From the NCBI RefSeq assembly GCF_018977255.1, contig NW_024704742.1, positions 86,306,001-86,370,000 of the forward strand: a stretch of DNA of 64,000 nt, read 5' to 3'. Shown piece after piece: positions 1 through 13,832 of this stretch. Source of the stretch: Callorhinchus milii. Its lineage: Eukaryota. Below the pieces are notes generated by a model. It made no database searches, had not been told where the DNA came from, and worked only from the letters and a program-made list of their open reading frames with translations. How positions within the stretch are numbered: the stretch's first letter is position 1; the number at the start of each line of letters is the position of its first letter. The position numbers and the translations under genes are program-made.

Positions 1-529
1 GGGATCATTAGTACATTCCTTTTAAGTGACTGGTTATTTCTTATCAGTATCCCAGGATGGTACCAAGGTCCTCCAGTTTAAGCAACTTGCTCATTAGCTG
101 CTGTTCTTGAGGGTTGCCTTTTGTTGCTCTTGAGTGTTAATCATGAGTGTCAGTCCAGTTGCCCCCCACACTTAACTTAAAAGTTAACCCATTCGCAATA
201 TCTATTATGATTCTAACATTATACAAAAAGTGTAAATTCTAACAATATTCCTCTCTAACACTGGGGATCAACCTTGTTACTGTCCTCTAGGGCTTGAGGA
301 GTCCTGTTATCTAGGTGATCAGAGCAGTGTTCCAGGTGCAGCATGACTAGGGAGGGCACTGTTCACTAAGGCTGAAAAGAGTAGAGGAGAAAGAATGACA
401 ATGTGGTTAGATGAGGTGAAACTTTCTTGATAAAAGCCTATAAAATACTTACTTTTCGTGACATCCATCAAGAGGTGTTTTATGGGGTAGAACAATCCAA
501 GCGAGTGAAGTTGTGATTTGGTTAGAACA

Positions 530-875
530 CTCACCCTGCAAGCGAGAGGGCCCAGGTTCGATTCCTGGACAGGGCAAAACCTTAGGTTCCTTAGTCCACA
601 CTCCTCTGTTTCCTGAGTAGAAAGTAGGAACTTGGTTCTTAGTGAATTGGCAGATTGCTTTCCGGGTGTAATAATCCCTTCAAATCCATCAATCAATAAA
701 TAAATAATTAGGTCACTCCACGGATGGTTGTGAGGAACTGCTGTACAAAATTGGCTGCCACATTTCGCCCATAAAATATACAGGCAATTCACTTTACAGT
801 ATATTCTGTGAAGCACTTTGAGACGTCTCAGCGACATGCTAAATCGCTGTATCAAATGCAAGAATTATTATTATT
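530..875 (+). mobile_element. tRNA-derived SINE copy
   Basis: Head with B box GGTTCGATTCC, central ctgtacaaaattggctgccaca, tail atcaaatgcaagaattattatt. Confidence 0.8.
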
Positions 876-935
876 TTAACATCCCTCTTTTGAATATCAA
901 CTGATTGTCGCTTTTGAATTTTGTTCCATTCACAG

Positions 936-1135
936 TAACACCTTTTTCGAAGTCAAATCTATTTCCAACCAAGTCTGGAAGTTTCAAAGATACCAGCTGA
1001 TCATGACTTTCCACGAGAGACCTGTCTTGCCACCTCCGCTTATCACTTTCAGTCACATGACTATGGTCTTTCAACATATTTGCTGTCGCTGGAAGAAACA
1101 GGAAAGTGACCAGGAGGACAAAGATTATGGCCTCA
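936..1135 (+). CDS. TRPM3: TRPM3 exon (TRP domain)
   Basis: cacag|T AAC ACC ... GGC CTC A|gtaag; contains VWKFQR. Confidence 0.93.
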
Positions 1136-4129
1136 GTAAGTTGCTTCCCCAACAAGAGCAAATGCTCCTTTCTAAGGTTTTATTTCTTGTTTCATTACCA
1201 ATATCTTGATCAGGAAGGAGAGGTTGCTTTTTAAACCATTATTATCATGTGCTGGAATGTGCCACATTGTTTAAATCTTGCTCAGCCTCCTTCTAGAACA
1301 TAAGAGCAAAGCTAACTGGTTTAATCATTGCTTATAGCATATTCCTCTCTAACACTGGGGATCAACCTTGTTACTATCCTCTACCCTGCCACTGAGGCTT
1401 GGGGATGACAAAAAGACCAAGGACCATCAAGTTCACCTTCCAACTTCCTGGCGGTCACATGCACATATGTCCCGAACTACCTATGTACTATATCCCATAA
1501 TGTTATTTCCTAAAAGAAAATTATCTCATTTGTATTTGAAAGAATCAACACTTCCTGCTTCAACCGAGCCTGTTCCGCAGGTTTACTATTCGCTCGCTTC
1601 TCGTCTCAAAAGGGGTTGAGGTTTCTTTGTGATAGTCAATAGAAACAGAGTGAAACAAACTCTGTCTCTGCTATCCATCATAAGTAAATCAGGACAATCA
1701 ACAGTTTGGTTTATACTGTAGCTTCCGTTCCTGTCCTGTTATTGAATACAGGAGTCGCTACAGAAAGCCGCTACATTTGACAAGAAAGGTTTTGGGTGTT
1801 TATCGCTGCTCTTGCTTCTTCATTCCCTTTCCTCCCCAGAACTATTCATCACAGAAGATGAACTGAAGAAGCTGCACGACTTTGAGGAACAATGTATAGA
1901 AGAATACTTTAGAGAAAAGGATGACAGGTTCATTTCCTCCAATGATGAAAGGATAAGAGTCACTGCAGAACGGTGGGTATTTATTACATTTGGGGTAAGC
2001 GGCACTTTCATGATATGGTTATAATAAGAAGAATCCTTGCATTAGATATAATGCTTTTAATGTTGAGTACATCTCAAAGCTTTCACCTAATCTCCGCAAA
2101 GTGTAGTGACTGTGTATTTGAAGTCCTTCTAATTGGGAGAGAAAGGAAAAGAAAATCACAATTAAGGAAAAAGGCTTTGGGAAAACAATTTCTCTGTCCA
2201 CCATCCCAACAATTTGCTTCTAAACTTAATGTTCATTATATTATATCCACCATTAGAATATAGTTAGAATATGTTCAACAGTCAGTTCAACCCAATTTAG
2301 GCAAAACCTAAAGTACGTATTCATACAAACTCATGTTAAGCTTGTGATAAATCTCTGGTGTGTCCGTCCACATTGTGTTCATCTTTGGTTCCAATCTACA
2401 ATAAAATGTGTTTAAAAAAAGCTTGAAAAAATAACAATAATCCTTGAATTTGATATAGCACTTTTCACGTCTTCTAGACATCTCAAAGTGCTTCACATAA
2501 TAGACTGTAAAGTGAATGATTCTCCATCAATGTAAAATCTATTTTTAAAAGAGTTTTTAATCTGAAATTCACCATGAATTAATGAAAAATGGAAATGTTG
2601 TTCTATTTCCCTCTCCACTGCTTAGGGTTGATAACATGTCTATGCGGCTGGAGGAGGTGAATGAGAGAGAGCACTTCATGAAAGCTTCACTCCAGACAAT
2701 GGATATTAGACTGGCTCAGTTGGAGGAGGTCACGGGTCGCATGGTACCAGCTTTAGAAAAGTTGGCTGGCATTGACAGAGGAGATGCCAACAAGTCCAGA
2801 TCCAGGGCTTCCTCAGATGGCACCGATACTGCTTACATGTTGCGTCAAAGCAGCTTCAACAGTGCGGAAGGGAATAATTATAAACTTCCAGAGTGTGGAG
2901 AGCAAGCTGGAGAGGAGTCCATATCGCCAAGCTCTCCCACCATCATGCCACGCATGAGGAGCCATTCCTTTTATGCAGTGATCACTAAGGAGCGGCCCGG
3001 AGTGGAAAGGGCTGACTATAATTTTAAGGAAAGATCCTTCAGTTTACAGCGAGCAACCAGTACACAGTCTGTAGCTGTTGTGAAAGATGCCAAGTTGGCG
3101 CCCCAACCTGTTAGTGTTTCACCTAGCATGTCAGAGACCAAAACCCCTATAGGCACCAAAAGGCCTTCATCTTGTATTGACATTTATGTTTCCACGAGCG
3201 AGGAAGAACAAGCAGCTACTATGGCTGCCGAGAGCTCTCTGAAGGTTCCAGTAGCCAGAGAGGTGACGTTACAGTCTGATATTGTGGCTGCCATGTTGGG
3301 GAATCAAGCAACCAGCGGGTCTCCTGGCTTGACGAGCAAGTGGTCAGAAGGAAACGGGATATATGAGGAGCTGTTCACATCAGATAAGCTGGCGGCACAA
3401 CCTAGCACCTCACAGGCCATCGAGAGCTTACAGCAATGGAGTCCCGATCCCCCTGTGTATCACGCATTGGAGCGTTCCAAAAGTAGCCGCTACTTGGCTG
3501 CATCCACCATTTACATCGAGGAATCCCCAATGGTGAAGTCGCACAGTTTCATGTTTTCACCCTCCAGGGGATATTACGGCAGCCTGGGTGTTGCGGTTAA
3601 AACCGCAGAATACACGAGCATCACCGACTGCATTGACACCAGATGTGTCTCTGCCCCTCCCGCCAACACAGAACACTCTCCTTTATCCAGCGGTTCCCGT
3701 GGAGATCATTCAAGCGGCCTCGACGAAGTGTCCACTTCCCACCCAGAGAGAGAGGCCGAACTCAGCCATCCGAGTTCCGACAACGAGGAACACGAAGGAG
3801 AAGTTCAAGACAAAGCGAGCGCAGCTAAGCAGTGTTTCCTCGAGAGTACTGCAGTCGAGCCCCTATCAAACAATACATCGCTTTCCAAGCTGGAGAGGGC
3901 AAACAGTTACACTGCATCGGAGCCCAATACACTGAATGCCCACGCTAAAAAGAGCTATTCCATCAGTGACAAACTGGACAGACAGCGAAACTCGCCGGGC
4001 TTGCGAAATCCCTTCCAACAAGGTCGCTTGTCAAAGCCGGACCTAAAAGCTGATGGTTTCTCACTGAAAAAGTTGTCAAAAACAACTGCTTTTAGAAGCT
4101 TTGACAGCAGCAAACAGAATTTCACATAA
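936..4129 (+). CDS. TRPM3: TRPM3 cation channel, 3' part (last three coding exons: 936-1135, 1840-1972, 2626-4129)
   Basis: Exons splice in frame with [39 protein letters not shown] (TRP box), [52 protein letters not shown] (coiled coil), then a TRPM3-type tail ([20 protein letters not shown]). Synteny with KLF9 and SMC5 favours TRPM3 over TRPM1. Confidence 0.95.
1840..1972 (+). CDS. TRPM3: TRPM3 penultimate coding exon
   Basis: cccag|AA CTA TTC ... GAA CG|gtggg; phases match both neighbours. Confidence 0.93.
2626..4129 (+). CDS. TRPM3: TRPM3 terminal coding exon
   Basis: cttag|G GTT GAT AAC ATG ... TTC ACA TAA; the upstream ATG at 2582 in the ORF track is intronic. Confidence 0.93.
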
Positions 4130-7100
4130 TACTCAGTGCACTGTTCTGTGTCGCAAAAATGAAATGTGCTTGTTTTAAATTATATGCACCAAACCCAACC
4201 ATGTTGTGTGGTTTTTGCAGTAACGCAGTACTCCGATTCTTGTTTAGCCACTGTCTTGAACCACTGTACAAGTATCTGTGTTCCTTGGCACTTTCTTTGT
4301 ATTCATTCCCTCTCTGTTGAGGTATTAATGTGGCTGTGTCTTCTCACAGCCAGTATGGGAGAGCACCACAATGTTTACAGCAGCTTAGAATAACCTAAGC
4401 TGTTAGCACAGTGACAAGTATGTGTGATCCCATCCGTACCATTGACAGATTGTATCAAGTGCTGGGATATGTAATTCCATAATTTCAAAGATGGTTGTGA
4501 TGTATGCTACAAAGCACTGCTTGCACAGATTTTATAATAAATATCATTTAAAGGTTTTGTATACACTAGGCTCTTGGTGAAAACCCGCTCAGGTGAAGTT
4601 GCCGTTACTGAAACTGGTTGCAAAAAAGATCTTCCTTGCAACCATTTTGGCAAACTTCCCCTTTCGACTGGCCTCTGATTTTACTGAATGGGTTTATCTC
4701 CATGAAGCAGAGTCCTTGGTGGGACAAGGTCTTGACTATTTGAAAGACCTCACATTGTGAAAAAGAAGTGTTTCTGCCTTGCATGAAAGTACAGTAGACT
4801 TGACAATGGTGCAGTGAGTTTGACAGCACAAAGTAGAAATAATTTTGATACCAAATGCTGGTAAATTTTGTCTAAACTGCTGTTTGTTAATATTTGATAG
4901 CCTTTCGAGGAAGGAATGTACAGTATTTTTAAAATAATTTGCTAGTATCTGTAGTTTTGTGATTTCAAGTCTGATTCTTCATCAAGTGAGTAATGTTTCT
5001 ATTGTTGCTGAAGATAGATTTGCTAGCTTTAGTTTAGAGGCACGTATGCTTTTGCAATAACAATGTAAAGTTTCAAGCAATGTCTCTCCGCTGGTTCAGA
5101 CTTGATTAAGACTCTAATAATGCATGCATTTACAAATCAGGTGACTATTCACCAAAACAATGTCAGACAAAATAAGTGTTGAACATGAAGTCAACAACAT
5201 CATCACCTGGACATCTTGCTAACTGCAATGAATGCAAATGCAACAAGTTGTAGTTCTTTGGACTTTCAAACCCACGTTGGTTAGACCAAAACTAACAAGC
5301 TAATACATGTAGCTTGCAAAACATAATGCAAGTCAACAACCATGTTTTAGAATGCCATTGTGTGAAAAGTACTGATCATAGTGTAACAGTCAAAACAGCA
5401 TCTCCCTTAGGTAGAGCTGAAGTGATTGCACCCAATTTTAGCCAACTGATATATATGTTTGTATCTAGGTATACAAATCATCAGTGGAACCTACAAGGAG
5501 TAAAAATGCAAGGCTCTGATTTTCCTTCCAAGCACTGAAGCAAAATGGATGCAAAGTTATATTGTATGCAGATTGGTGTTTTCTGCATAGATTGTTGATT
5601 CTCCAATGTGTCACAGGGGTCAAGAGCAAATATGTTAATAACTATTTAGGCCAACTGAATGGCCATTTTGTGTACCCCACATAGGAGGGGTGGCTGGATG
5701 TAACATAGCTACCATACCTTCAGCTTCTTTGGATTAACAAAAATCCACTTGTTCACCAAAAAGGAATTTTTTTTCCTGAAGCCCCAAAAATTGTTTCTGT
5801 GCATAGGTTGGACCTGCCTCAAATGATTGTCACCTGTGCACAAAATGCCTTTAAGTCATCTATCGCCCATTCCTGTAGGGAGCATCAGCAACAACAACTT
5901 GCATTTTTATAGCGCCCTTCAGCCGGGGTAGCATTCTGGAGTGCTTGACAGTGGCGGAGTCTGACCCTGACTCCGCACAGTCAGAGAGCAGGATGTGTTA
6001 AGTGACTGTGTGAGAAACCAGCTTTACAATTGTGACAAGACCCAGAGGCAGAACATAGAGCTGAACTGTGCCAACTCACTCACTGTGACAGACCTTTGTT
6101 CGGCGGGTTTAAACAATCTGAGAAAGTGAGAAGAAAGGCAGATGTGCTGGAAAAAAAGGTGAAGTAAAAATAAGGGACAGAAGAAGGCTGTTGAGGCATC
6201 AAATAAGTGACAAGACATTGACAGTTTAGCTCTAGAGCCAGGGCTAGTTATCTGCTAATAGATGTGGAACACTCACCACAAAAGCAGTGCAATTGGCACA
6301 TTTTCAGTGGTGTGCAAAAAGTGCTCTCCCTTCACCATCGCTGTGTGACTGGTAGCAAAAGCTTCTCCAATGCAAACAGCATTTTCTCCAGAAAATCCCG
6401 TGTACTGCAATGGATAGTTGTGAGACCTCAACATCGACCCAATAATAATAATAATAATCCTTGCATCTGATATAGCGCCTTATCACTTTGTTGAGATATC
6501 TCAAAGCGCTTCACAGTTAAAGTGTAAAGTGGATTGACTGTGTATTTTGTTGGTGAAATCTTATCAGAGCCAGACCCAAGATTTCATCAAAGCCAAAGTC
6601 TCATGACTACTGTAGAAGGGATTTCTCGGAGAAAATGTTGTTTATGATACAGGTTCCTTTTGTCGGTGAGCACGCGGTGGTAATGCAAGTAACACATCTT
6701 TTAAACGAGGTAGCCTGGAGAGAAGGCAGGAGCCTGAAATTCTACCTAGTTTTAGCCTGTAAGACCTTTTGCTTTAGTGTTCAAGATGGTACAAAACTGT
6801 AAAATTTCTTAAATTCAGTCTTAATTTGTAAGTCTGTTTTTCCACTAGTTCTTAATCAGCTTCCAAACTAAAGCTGAATTTAAGAATTTTCCACAATTCT
6901 TATATTTTAAGGCAAAATGGTCTCACAGGCCAAGCAGAATATCAGACCTTAGGTAAGTTTGTATGTCAATTCCAGTTAGTTGTGGCTGGTCCATCAAACC
7001 AACAGAAGTGGTCAGATAAGGCAGAACGTTTTGGCCGAGATAGGGAGTCTAGTTTGCCTCATGGAAATTAAAACTTAAGATGAGGTTAATGAAATGTGTT

Positions 7101-8589
7101 CAAATCAGAAACTCCACCTTCTTCATATATAGGGACATAGTAAAATGAATGTACTATATTTTCAATTCCTCTCAATAGTTCAGCAGTACCCCGGTCATCA
7201 CATATTATAAGATCAGTTGACCATTTGTTTAGCTGAGGTTTAGGTAAGTAAATGTGCCAACATGATTCTTAAGTGTACAATTATTTCATTTAATAAATTC
7301 ATTTTGGGACATCCTCCCAACATGAAAGGCTCTATACAAATGTAATTTTGTTGCTGTTGTTGTTGTTGGTATTGCACTCTTGTGTAGTAGTAAAATTGTG
7401 GTAACAATTTACTAGTGCTCTCTATAGCACAGTACAGTTTAGGAAGTGCAGTATTTACTTACTGCACGGAAGTTGCCAAAGATCATGCACTAAGTTCACT
7501 TTGGCACAAAAGTGCACAAATGAAGTTTGGACTCTTGTGGTGGGTGTAGTACTGTACATACAGCTTAAGTCGCACCTCTATCCCCCAACCAACACCACAG
7601 CCAATAATCCAATGTCATCCTCCCAATATCAAAGGGCTAGGCTGGCCATTGACATTCTAATCCTTGTTTCCTTCTCAAGCCTAAAGAAACATTCAACTTA
7701 AAGTTAGGAGGTTTGAAATATGAACGTTTGGTCTTCTTCAAAATGAAATACTGGGTTCTTGTGATCCAAGTTAACAATTCTAAATTATTCCAAACTATTT
7801 AAATTCCATATAAATGCAGGTTGTCATAAAAATGAGGAATGGAGATGAAGCATAGAAAGATTGCCCTGACTCTGAGAAATAGCAAAGACTCTGTTTTGTG
7901 TAGCTAATGTTATAGCCAAATGGGTGAAATGTATTTTTGTGTTCCACAGTACAAAGTTGATTGCATTGCCTTTACACGAGGGATAGTGCCAAGCATTTTA
8001 CGTCTATACCTAGTCTCTTATTTGTACTTATTGACAGTCCAGAGTCAAAAGATTGGCATAGTTCCCCTGAATTGCTTAGCAATGTCCCTCATTGCACGGA
8101 ACTGAACAGGAAATTTTTGCCTTTTCAGAATTCCCTCATGCTGAAAATATAATGAGCTAAAACAATATGCTAAGAAGGGAGTTTCGCTCTGCAGTATTAA
8201 CAGCAACTCATATTGATATTGATAGGCTATTGAGGAGGTTTTTGTGCTAGGTGTATCCACTGACTTTGGGTGGAGTGGAAGACCCCATTGTTGCTGAACC
8301 ATCAGGACAGGGTAGATAGGGAGAAAATAAGGAAAAAAATGCAGCTCCTTTTTATTTCCTCCTGAGGCTATTTCTGGAGTGCTAATGGAATGTTTGCTCT
8401 ACATAAGGGATAGGTTCATATTAATGACCCGATTCACATAGGGAATTAATCCAACAACAAATTTACATTTATGTAGCACCTTCCATGTCGGAAGGGTGTC
8501 CCAAGGCACTGTAAGTAATGTAAAAATTATAATGTATTTTACCACAGCTAAAACAAGCTGCCACAATGAGAAAGAGGCTATGAATTACA

Positions 8590-8930
8590 TGAAAGCGCAA
8601 AAGGAGGTCATTCAGCCCATCGTGTCTGGGCCTACTCCTTCAAGAGCAATCGTTTCAGGCCTACTTACCTGCCCTTTTGCCCACCGCTGTAGCTGACTCT
8701 TTTTAAGGTACTTAGTTCCTTCTTGAAAGCTAATCTGGATTTTGCTTCAACCACTGCTCCCGGCAGACCATTCCGTATCCTGATTACTCCGTGTGTGTGC
8801 GTGCGTGTGTGTGTGTAAAAAAAAGTCTCCAACCTCCCCACTTTGCTCATTTACTATCTTAAACTGATGCTGTCTAGTCACTGACTCATCGACCATTGGA
8901 AATAATTTCTTTCTATTGACTATCAAGACC
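8590..8930 (-). mobile_element. CR1-type LINE 3' fragment, degenerate
   Basis: Minus-strand remnants KLFPMVDESVTRQHQFKI and VVEAKSRLAFKKEL resemble the CR1 ORF2 C-terminus. Confidence 0.7.
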
Positions 8931-9184
8931 CCATTGCTTCCAGTTAGATGCAACTGACTAAGTGCCCGCAAAACCTTAAAAAGTCACCAGGCTGAACCAC
9001 CAAAAGAGGATATTCCAGACTCTACTAATATCACCATAAAGTTGCTGACTCTTGGAGTTTAGATTTAGATATACAGTACATGAAAGCAGTGGTGAGGCAC
9101 GTTTGGAGGTGGATATATTATTGACTGTATTTCTGTTCAGATAAGCATGTTTGTTTAAGATAAGGCAGACCAAAACCTTGTGAA

Positions 9185-9595
9185 CAGGGCTGGGTTAGCG
9201 TGATCAGAACTGGGTTAGTGTGACAGAACTGGGTTATTTTGGGCAGGATTGGGTTAGTGTGGGAAGGATTGGGTTATCATGGGAAGAACTGGATTATTGT
9301 GGGAAGGGCTGGGTTGTTGTGGGAAGGGCTGGGTTGTTGTGGGAAGGGCTGGGTTGTTGTGGGAAGGGCTGGGTTGTTGTGGGAAGGGCTGGGTTGTTGT
9401 GGGAGGGATTGGGTTATTGTAGGAGGGATTGGATTATTGTGGGAAGGATTGGATTATTGTGGGAAGAAATGGGTTATGGTGGGAGGGAATGGGTTACGTG
9501 GGATAGGTTGGATTATTGTGGGCAGAGATGGGTTATTGTGGGAAGGGCTGTGTTACTGTGGGAAAGGCTGTGTTACTGTGGGAAGGACTGTACCA
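9185..9595 (+). repeat. G-rich minisatellite, 20-nt unit GGGAAGGGCTGGGTTGTTGT, about 20 copies
   Basis: Direct tandem repeats, near-perfect at 9291-9400 and degenerate at the flanks. Confidence 0.95.
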
Positions 9596-12500
9596 AATGA
9601 AACTACTGATCACGTACATTAGATGAACAAGCTCCTCTTTACAATACTAGTTAAAGTTTTCTTCCCCACTCCCTAGCTGGAGTTCGGAGTCCAGGGAGGA
9701 AAATCAACACTGTGGGAGTAGAATTCCAGGAATTAGTGTCAGACATTGATTAAAAATCCTGTTTAGTAAAATAACATTTGCTACTTTGTTTTTTCATAGA
9801 TCTTTTTAATATTCAGCATGTTTGTACAGGCTGTGTATCATTAATCAGGGGCTACTACCGAACAGAGTCAATAAAGATGGTTCTCAGTGTTGTGTAGGGT
9901 ATTCTAATGTCTGCTGAACATGTGGTGTGATTGGCTTTGCATGGCAATGTGGTGCAATAGTGGAGCTGAGCTTCATGGGGTGATGGGGGTCGTAACCCAC
10001 ACTCACTCCCGGCAGTAAATCCAGAACATTTTAGATTATCAAATGTTGAACTGCACAAACGCGTGGTACAAACCTCACAGTATCAGTGTAACAAATTGCA
10101 CCAATCCTAGTTTAATTAGTATGGATAAATGATTTATTATTTTCTGCACATCATGCCAATTCCACATCCCCCCACCACCCAACAGTATTCACAGCCATCA
10201 AAAGTATCAATCCAACCAATTTTCTCCCCTTCTCCTTCTAGAAGGTACTGACTCGTACTGGGGTGTTGCCTGCCTTCCAGCATCTCAGCCAAGGGCCCGC
10301 TCTTCATGTGTGAGCCTGAACAGTGCACATTTGTGGTGTTTGGGCTGTTATACTTGTTAACCAAGCCTGTGGTACGCAACCAACCAGCTTGTAACAAGAA
10401 TTACAGGTTAGGAATCCTGAGTAGGAAAAACTGGTTGATTTTCCCTTTCCTAGTCCAGGAAAAGCTTAGCACTCCCAAAATTCTGCTCCAGGTGAGATTA
10501 TCTAACTCAGACTAAGCAGGGATCCAAACCTGGGACCCTGCTGGTCTAGTGTGGCTGAGTACCACACACTTTTAACCTGTGGGTACACAAACTACAATAT
10601 TAACATTCAGATCAAAGAATTGATCTGTGCACCGGGACTCATTCACCACCAGAGAGACTCTCTGGTTTTATTTCCAATGCAGTCTCCAGTCCCTGATAAC
10701 ATACGATATGAAATGAAATATGAAATAATTATTGATGCTTTGCAAAATGCGTGTGCACTGTAACAGATGGCATGTTTAATGTGTAATTAATTATTTATAT
10801 AATTACATTTGAACAATAGTTGAATTTTCATTTTAGTAGGATGCCATTGCCCTCCGAGAGTCTCAAGTACATTCATTCAGTCCAATGAATTTGTCCAACG
10901 CATTGGCACTTTGGTTCACAACTTGACAAATTATGAGCTAGCTGTGGCTAGAAGTACAGATATGTTGAACAAAGTAACCTGGAGGCCCTGAGGCAAAGTA
11001 TCACAGTCATACAGGTGTGTGCTTTCTAAAGAAGGGACACGACAGTCGTTAAAAGGTTATCATTAAACATTCATATAATTATGTTCAGGCTCCCAAGCAC
11101 ACATAAGCCTAGTAATCAAGATTCCTATTTTGCTTGAACTTCCAGAAGGTGTCTGGTTCAAATAATGAATCTGTGTGCAATGTTAATGAGGGATCTGTCT
11201 TAACAGAAATTAGACAATTTTCCAATTCAAAATAGAGATTTACTGCTAACATTAATTCAAAGCTGGTTTTGAAAATTTTGGAGATATCAGTTTTCTAAAT
11301 TTTTATAAGGATCTCAATGAGGCTTTCTAACAACGAATTGTTGTTTGAGACAATGGTATGGCATTGGTCTCCCAGCTGTAAGCTTTGAGTTCAAATCCCA
11401 ATCTTAATTCACCCCAAGCGGGCGAAATAAGATTGGCGGATCACTTCTGGGGGTAATAATTTGATCACTAAATCTACAACTGTTTGTGGGACACTGCTGC
11501 GTGCAATTAGCTGCTGCATTTTTCCCACAAAATATATAGTCAATCCACTTTATCATATATTCTGTGAAGCGCTTTGAGATGTCTCAGCGGCGTAATAAGG
11601 CGCTATATCAAATGCAAGGATTATTATTATTACTTGAATTCAATTCCCTTGAATGCCCAAGTTTCATCAATTGGCAAATGAGACTCTTCGCGGAGCTCTT
11701 CACAATAACAACTGATCCGTCTTGAGTGACGCTGATGAACAAGGCTTCACTACATTCTTCAACTCTCACAGTTGAACGCTAGGTTGCACAGTGTGAGAAG
11801 CACATGGTGTATACTTTTAAAATATACAGTGGTGGATGTCTCCTTTGCAGCAAATCAATCAAAACAAAACAATCTTTCCAAGGACAAACAGTTAATTACT
11901 ACTATTCCAACAAACTAAAAATTGGCACGGCGAGAATTTTCTACCTCAGTATTTCGTTCAATAAATTGTATTTTTTTCCGATGACCTTCTGTTCAATGCT
12001 CTGTGGTGTCATGTGGAAATTACATTGTCGGACTTCGGTTGTATTCAGTAAATACGTCATGAATACTAGAAAATGTTATCATGCACTATGCATACTTCAA
12101 GTTTATTAATGTCCTATGAAGTATAAAGTAATACGTTAATAAAATCCAAATCCCTAATGTGCTATTCTAGAATTACTGAAACTATTTTTGGAAAATTGTT
12201 CTAATGGTTGGTTTAATAAAAATGTTTCTGCAGAAGAAATGGTTAAAAATACATTTGGATCTAAATTGAATGATTATTGTATCTGTATTGATGTTGCACT
12301 AGTTCACAGACATAGAAACAGAAATGCTCTGCATAGAAAGGGAAGGACCCACTCGCTCCATTGTTTCTGTACCACCTCCATCCGCTGTTGTAAATCACCC
12401 TATTTTACCAGTCTATTTCCAGCTATAGCCACATATTCCTCAATGGGATTGCATGCTGAGAATTTACAAACAAAGAAATAAATGGGAAGATACAGAGAAA

Positions 12501-12640
12501 GAACAGGGAATGGGATTAGACCGGTCGGTGCTCCAATAGCTAACATTGACATACGGGCGATGGGGCTGAAATTTCTGTGATATGTGGTACATACACACAC
12601 AGCCACATACAAACGTATACACACATACGTACGTACATAC

Positions 12641-12997
12641 ATAATAATCCTTGTATTTGATATAGTGCCTTATCAAATCTTCTAGACTTCTCAAAGTGCT
12701 TCACAGAATATACTGTAAAGTGAATTGACTATTTTGTGGGCGAAAAGCGGCATCCAAATGTGCACAGCAGCGTCCCACAAACAGTCGTGGATTGAAGTGA
12801 CCAATTTATTATTTTTTTAAGGGGTTATTATTACCCCCGGAAAAGCAATCCGCCAATCGACTAATAACTGTGTTCCTACTTACTGCTAGGTAAACAGAGA
12901 CATGTGGAGTAAGGAAACTTGCCCAACATTTCGCATTGCTGGGAATCGAACCTAGGTCCCTTGCTTGCAAGGCGAATGCTCTAACCACTGAGCTGCA
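12641..12997 (-). mobile_element. tRNA-derived SINE, full length
   Basis: Reverse complement of the family at 13833. Confidence 0.85.
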
Positions 12998-13832
12998 GGA
13001 TTACACAGGCATATACAAACGCACACACACATATATATATAAACATAGGTCCATGTATGCATACAGATATATAAACATACACACCATTTTTCCCATGCTA
13101 TTGTTGGATTTAATGGAAAAGCTTGCCAAGAATGGGTCCTGGTAGGTGTTTCATCAAGATTAGCAACCACACTATTTTACAAATAGCACACAGTGCTGGC
13201 AGGGAAAGAAGACTGGACAAAACTTTAAATAAAAGCGCAGCAGTTATTCTCAAAGGTACTCTCAGGCTAATCAGAGGTGATGTTATTTTGATTTAGCTGA
13301 CGGTCACTGTTTGAGCCTACCAAAGGAAAGCCATGACTGAGCTTTGTATGTCCTCTGTTGTAAACTTGAAGCAACAGAGTTGATTGCATAATAACGGCCT
13401 TGTCTGTGGAGTTTAGCTCACTGCAGCACTGAACTTTTAAAGGCCCATTCATTTTAAGGTCCTGTAGATGACAGAGGAGAGGTTAGTCATCTCAGGCAAC
13501 CGAACACCAGATGCCACATATCCTTGAATCATGTTTTCATCTATATATTTTCTCTACATTTGAAATCCGACTGATCTTTTCAGGAGATTTCTTGTGAACC
13601 AGTTGTGACAAGTTGAATACAAGTGATGTTGTGCAACCTTACTTGCAATAGTTATGAAACACATGTGGAAAGTATCCAAATTTACTGCTTAGATCAGTCT
13701 CCATCAAACTTTGCTTCCAGTTAAAGTTAACAGCCTCTATCTGTTATTTTAATCAACTCACTTGCATTTAGACTTGAGCTACCTTCTGGTTCTCTCCAGA
13801 AATTTAAATAGGGCATGAAGTTCACGCAAGTA

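Larger units (their letters stand above)
4130..12160 (+). other. TRPM3: Putative long TRPM3 3' UTR ending near AATAAA at 12138-12143
   Basis: AT-rich non-coding sequence after the stop codon; several AATAAA candidates exist, so the end point is only inferred. Confidence 0.3.

Noticed and set aside
319..861. 180-aa minus-strand ORF and most other short ORFs in the track
   Set aside because: They overlap SINE, LINE or low-complexity sequence and show no recognisable domain
1..2625. miR-204 in a TRPM3 intron
   Set aside because: It lies in a more 5' intron; no matching hairpin was seen here
9220..9622. Two Gly/Trp/Cys-rich ORFs, or a CRISPR-like array
   Set aside because: They are translations of a 20-nt minisatellite with no unique spacers, in a eukaryotic genome
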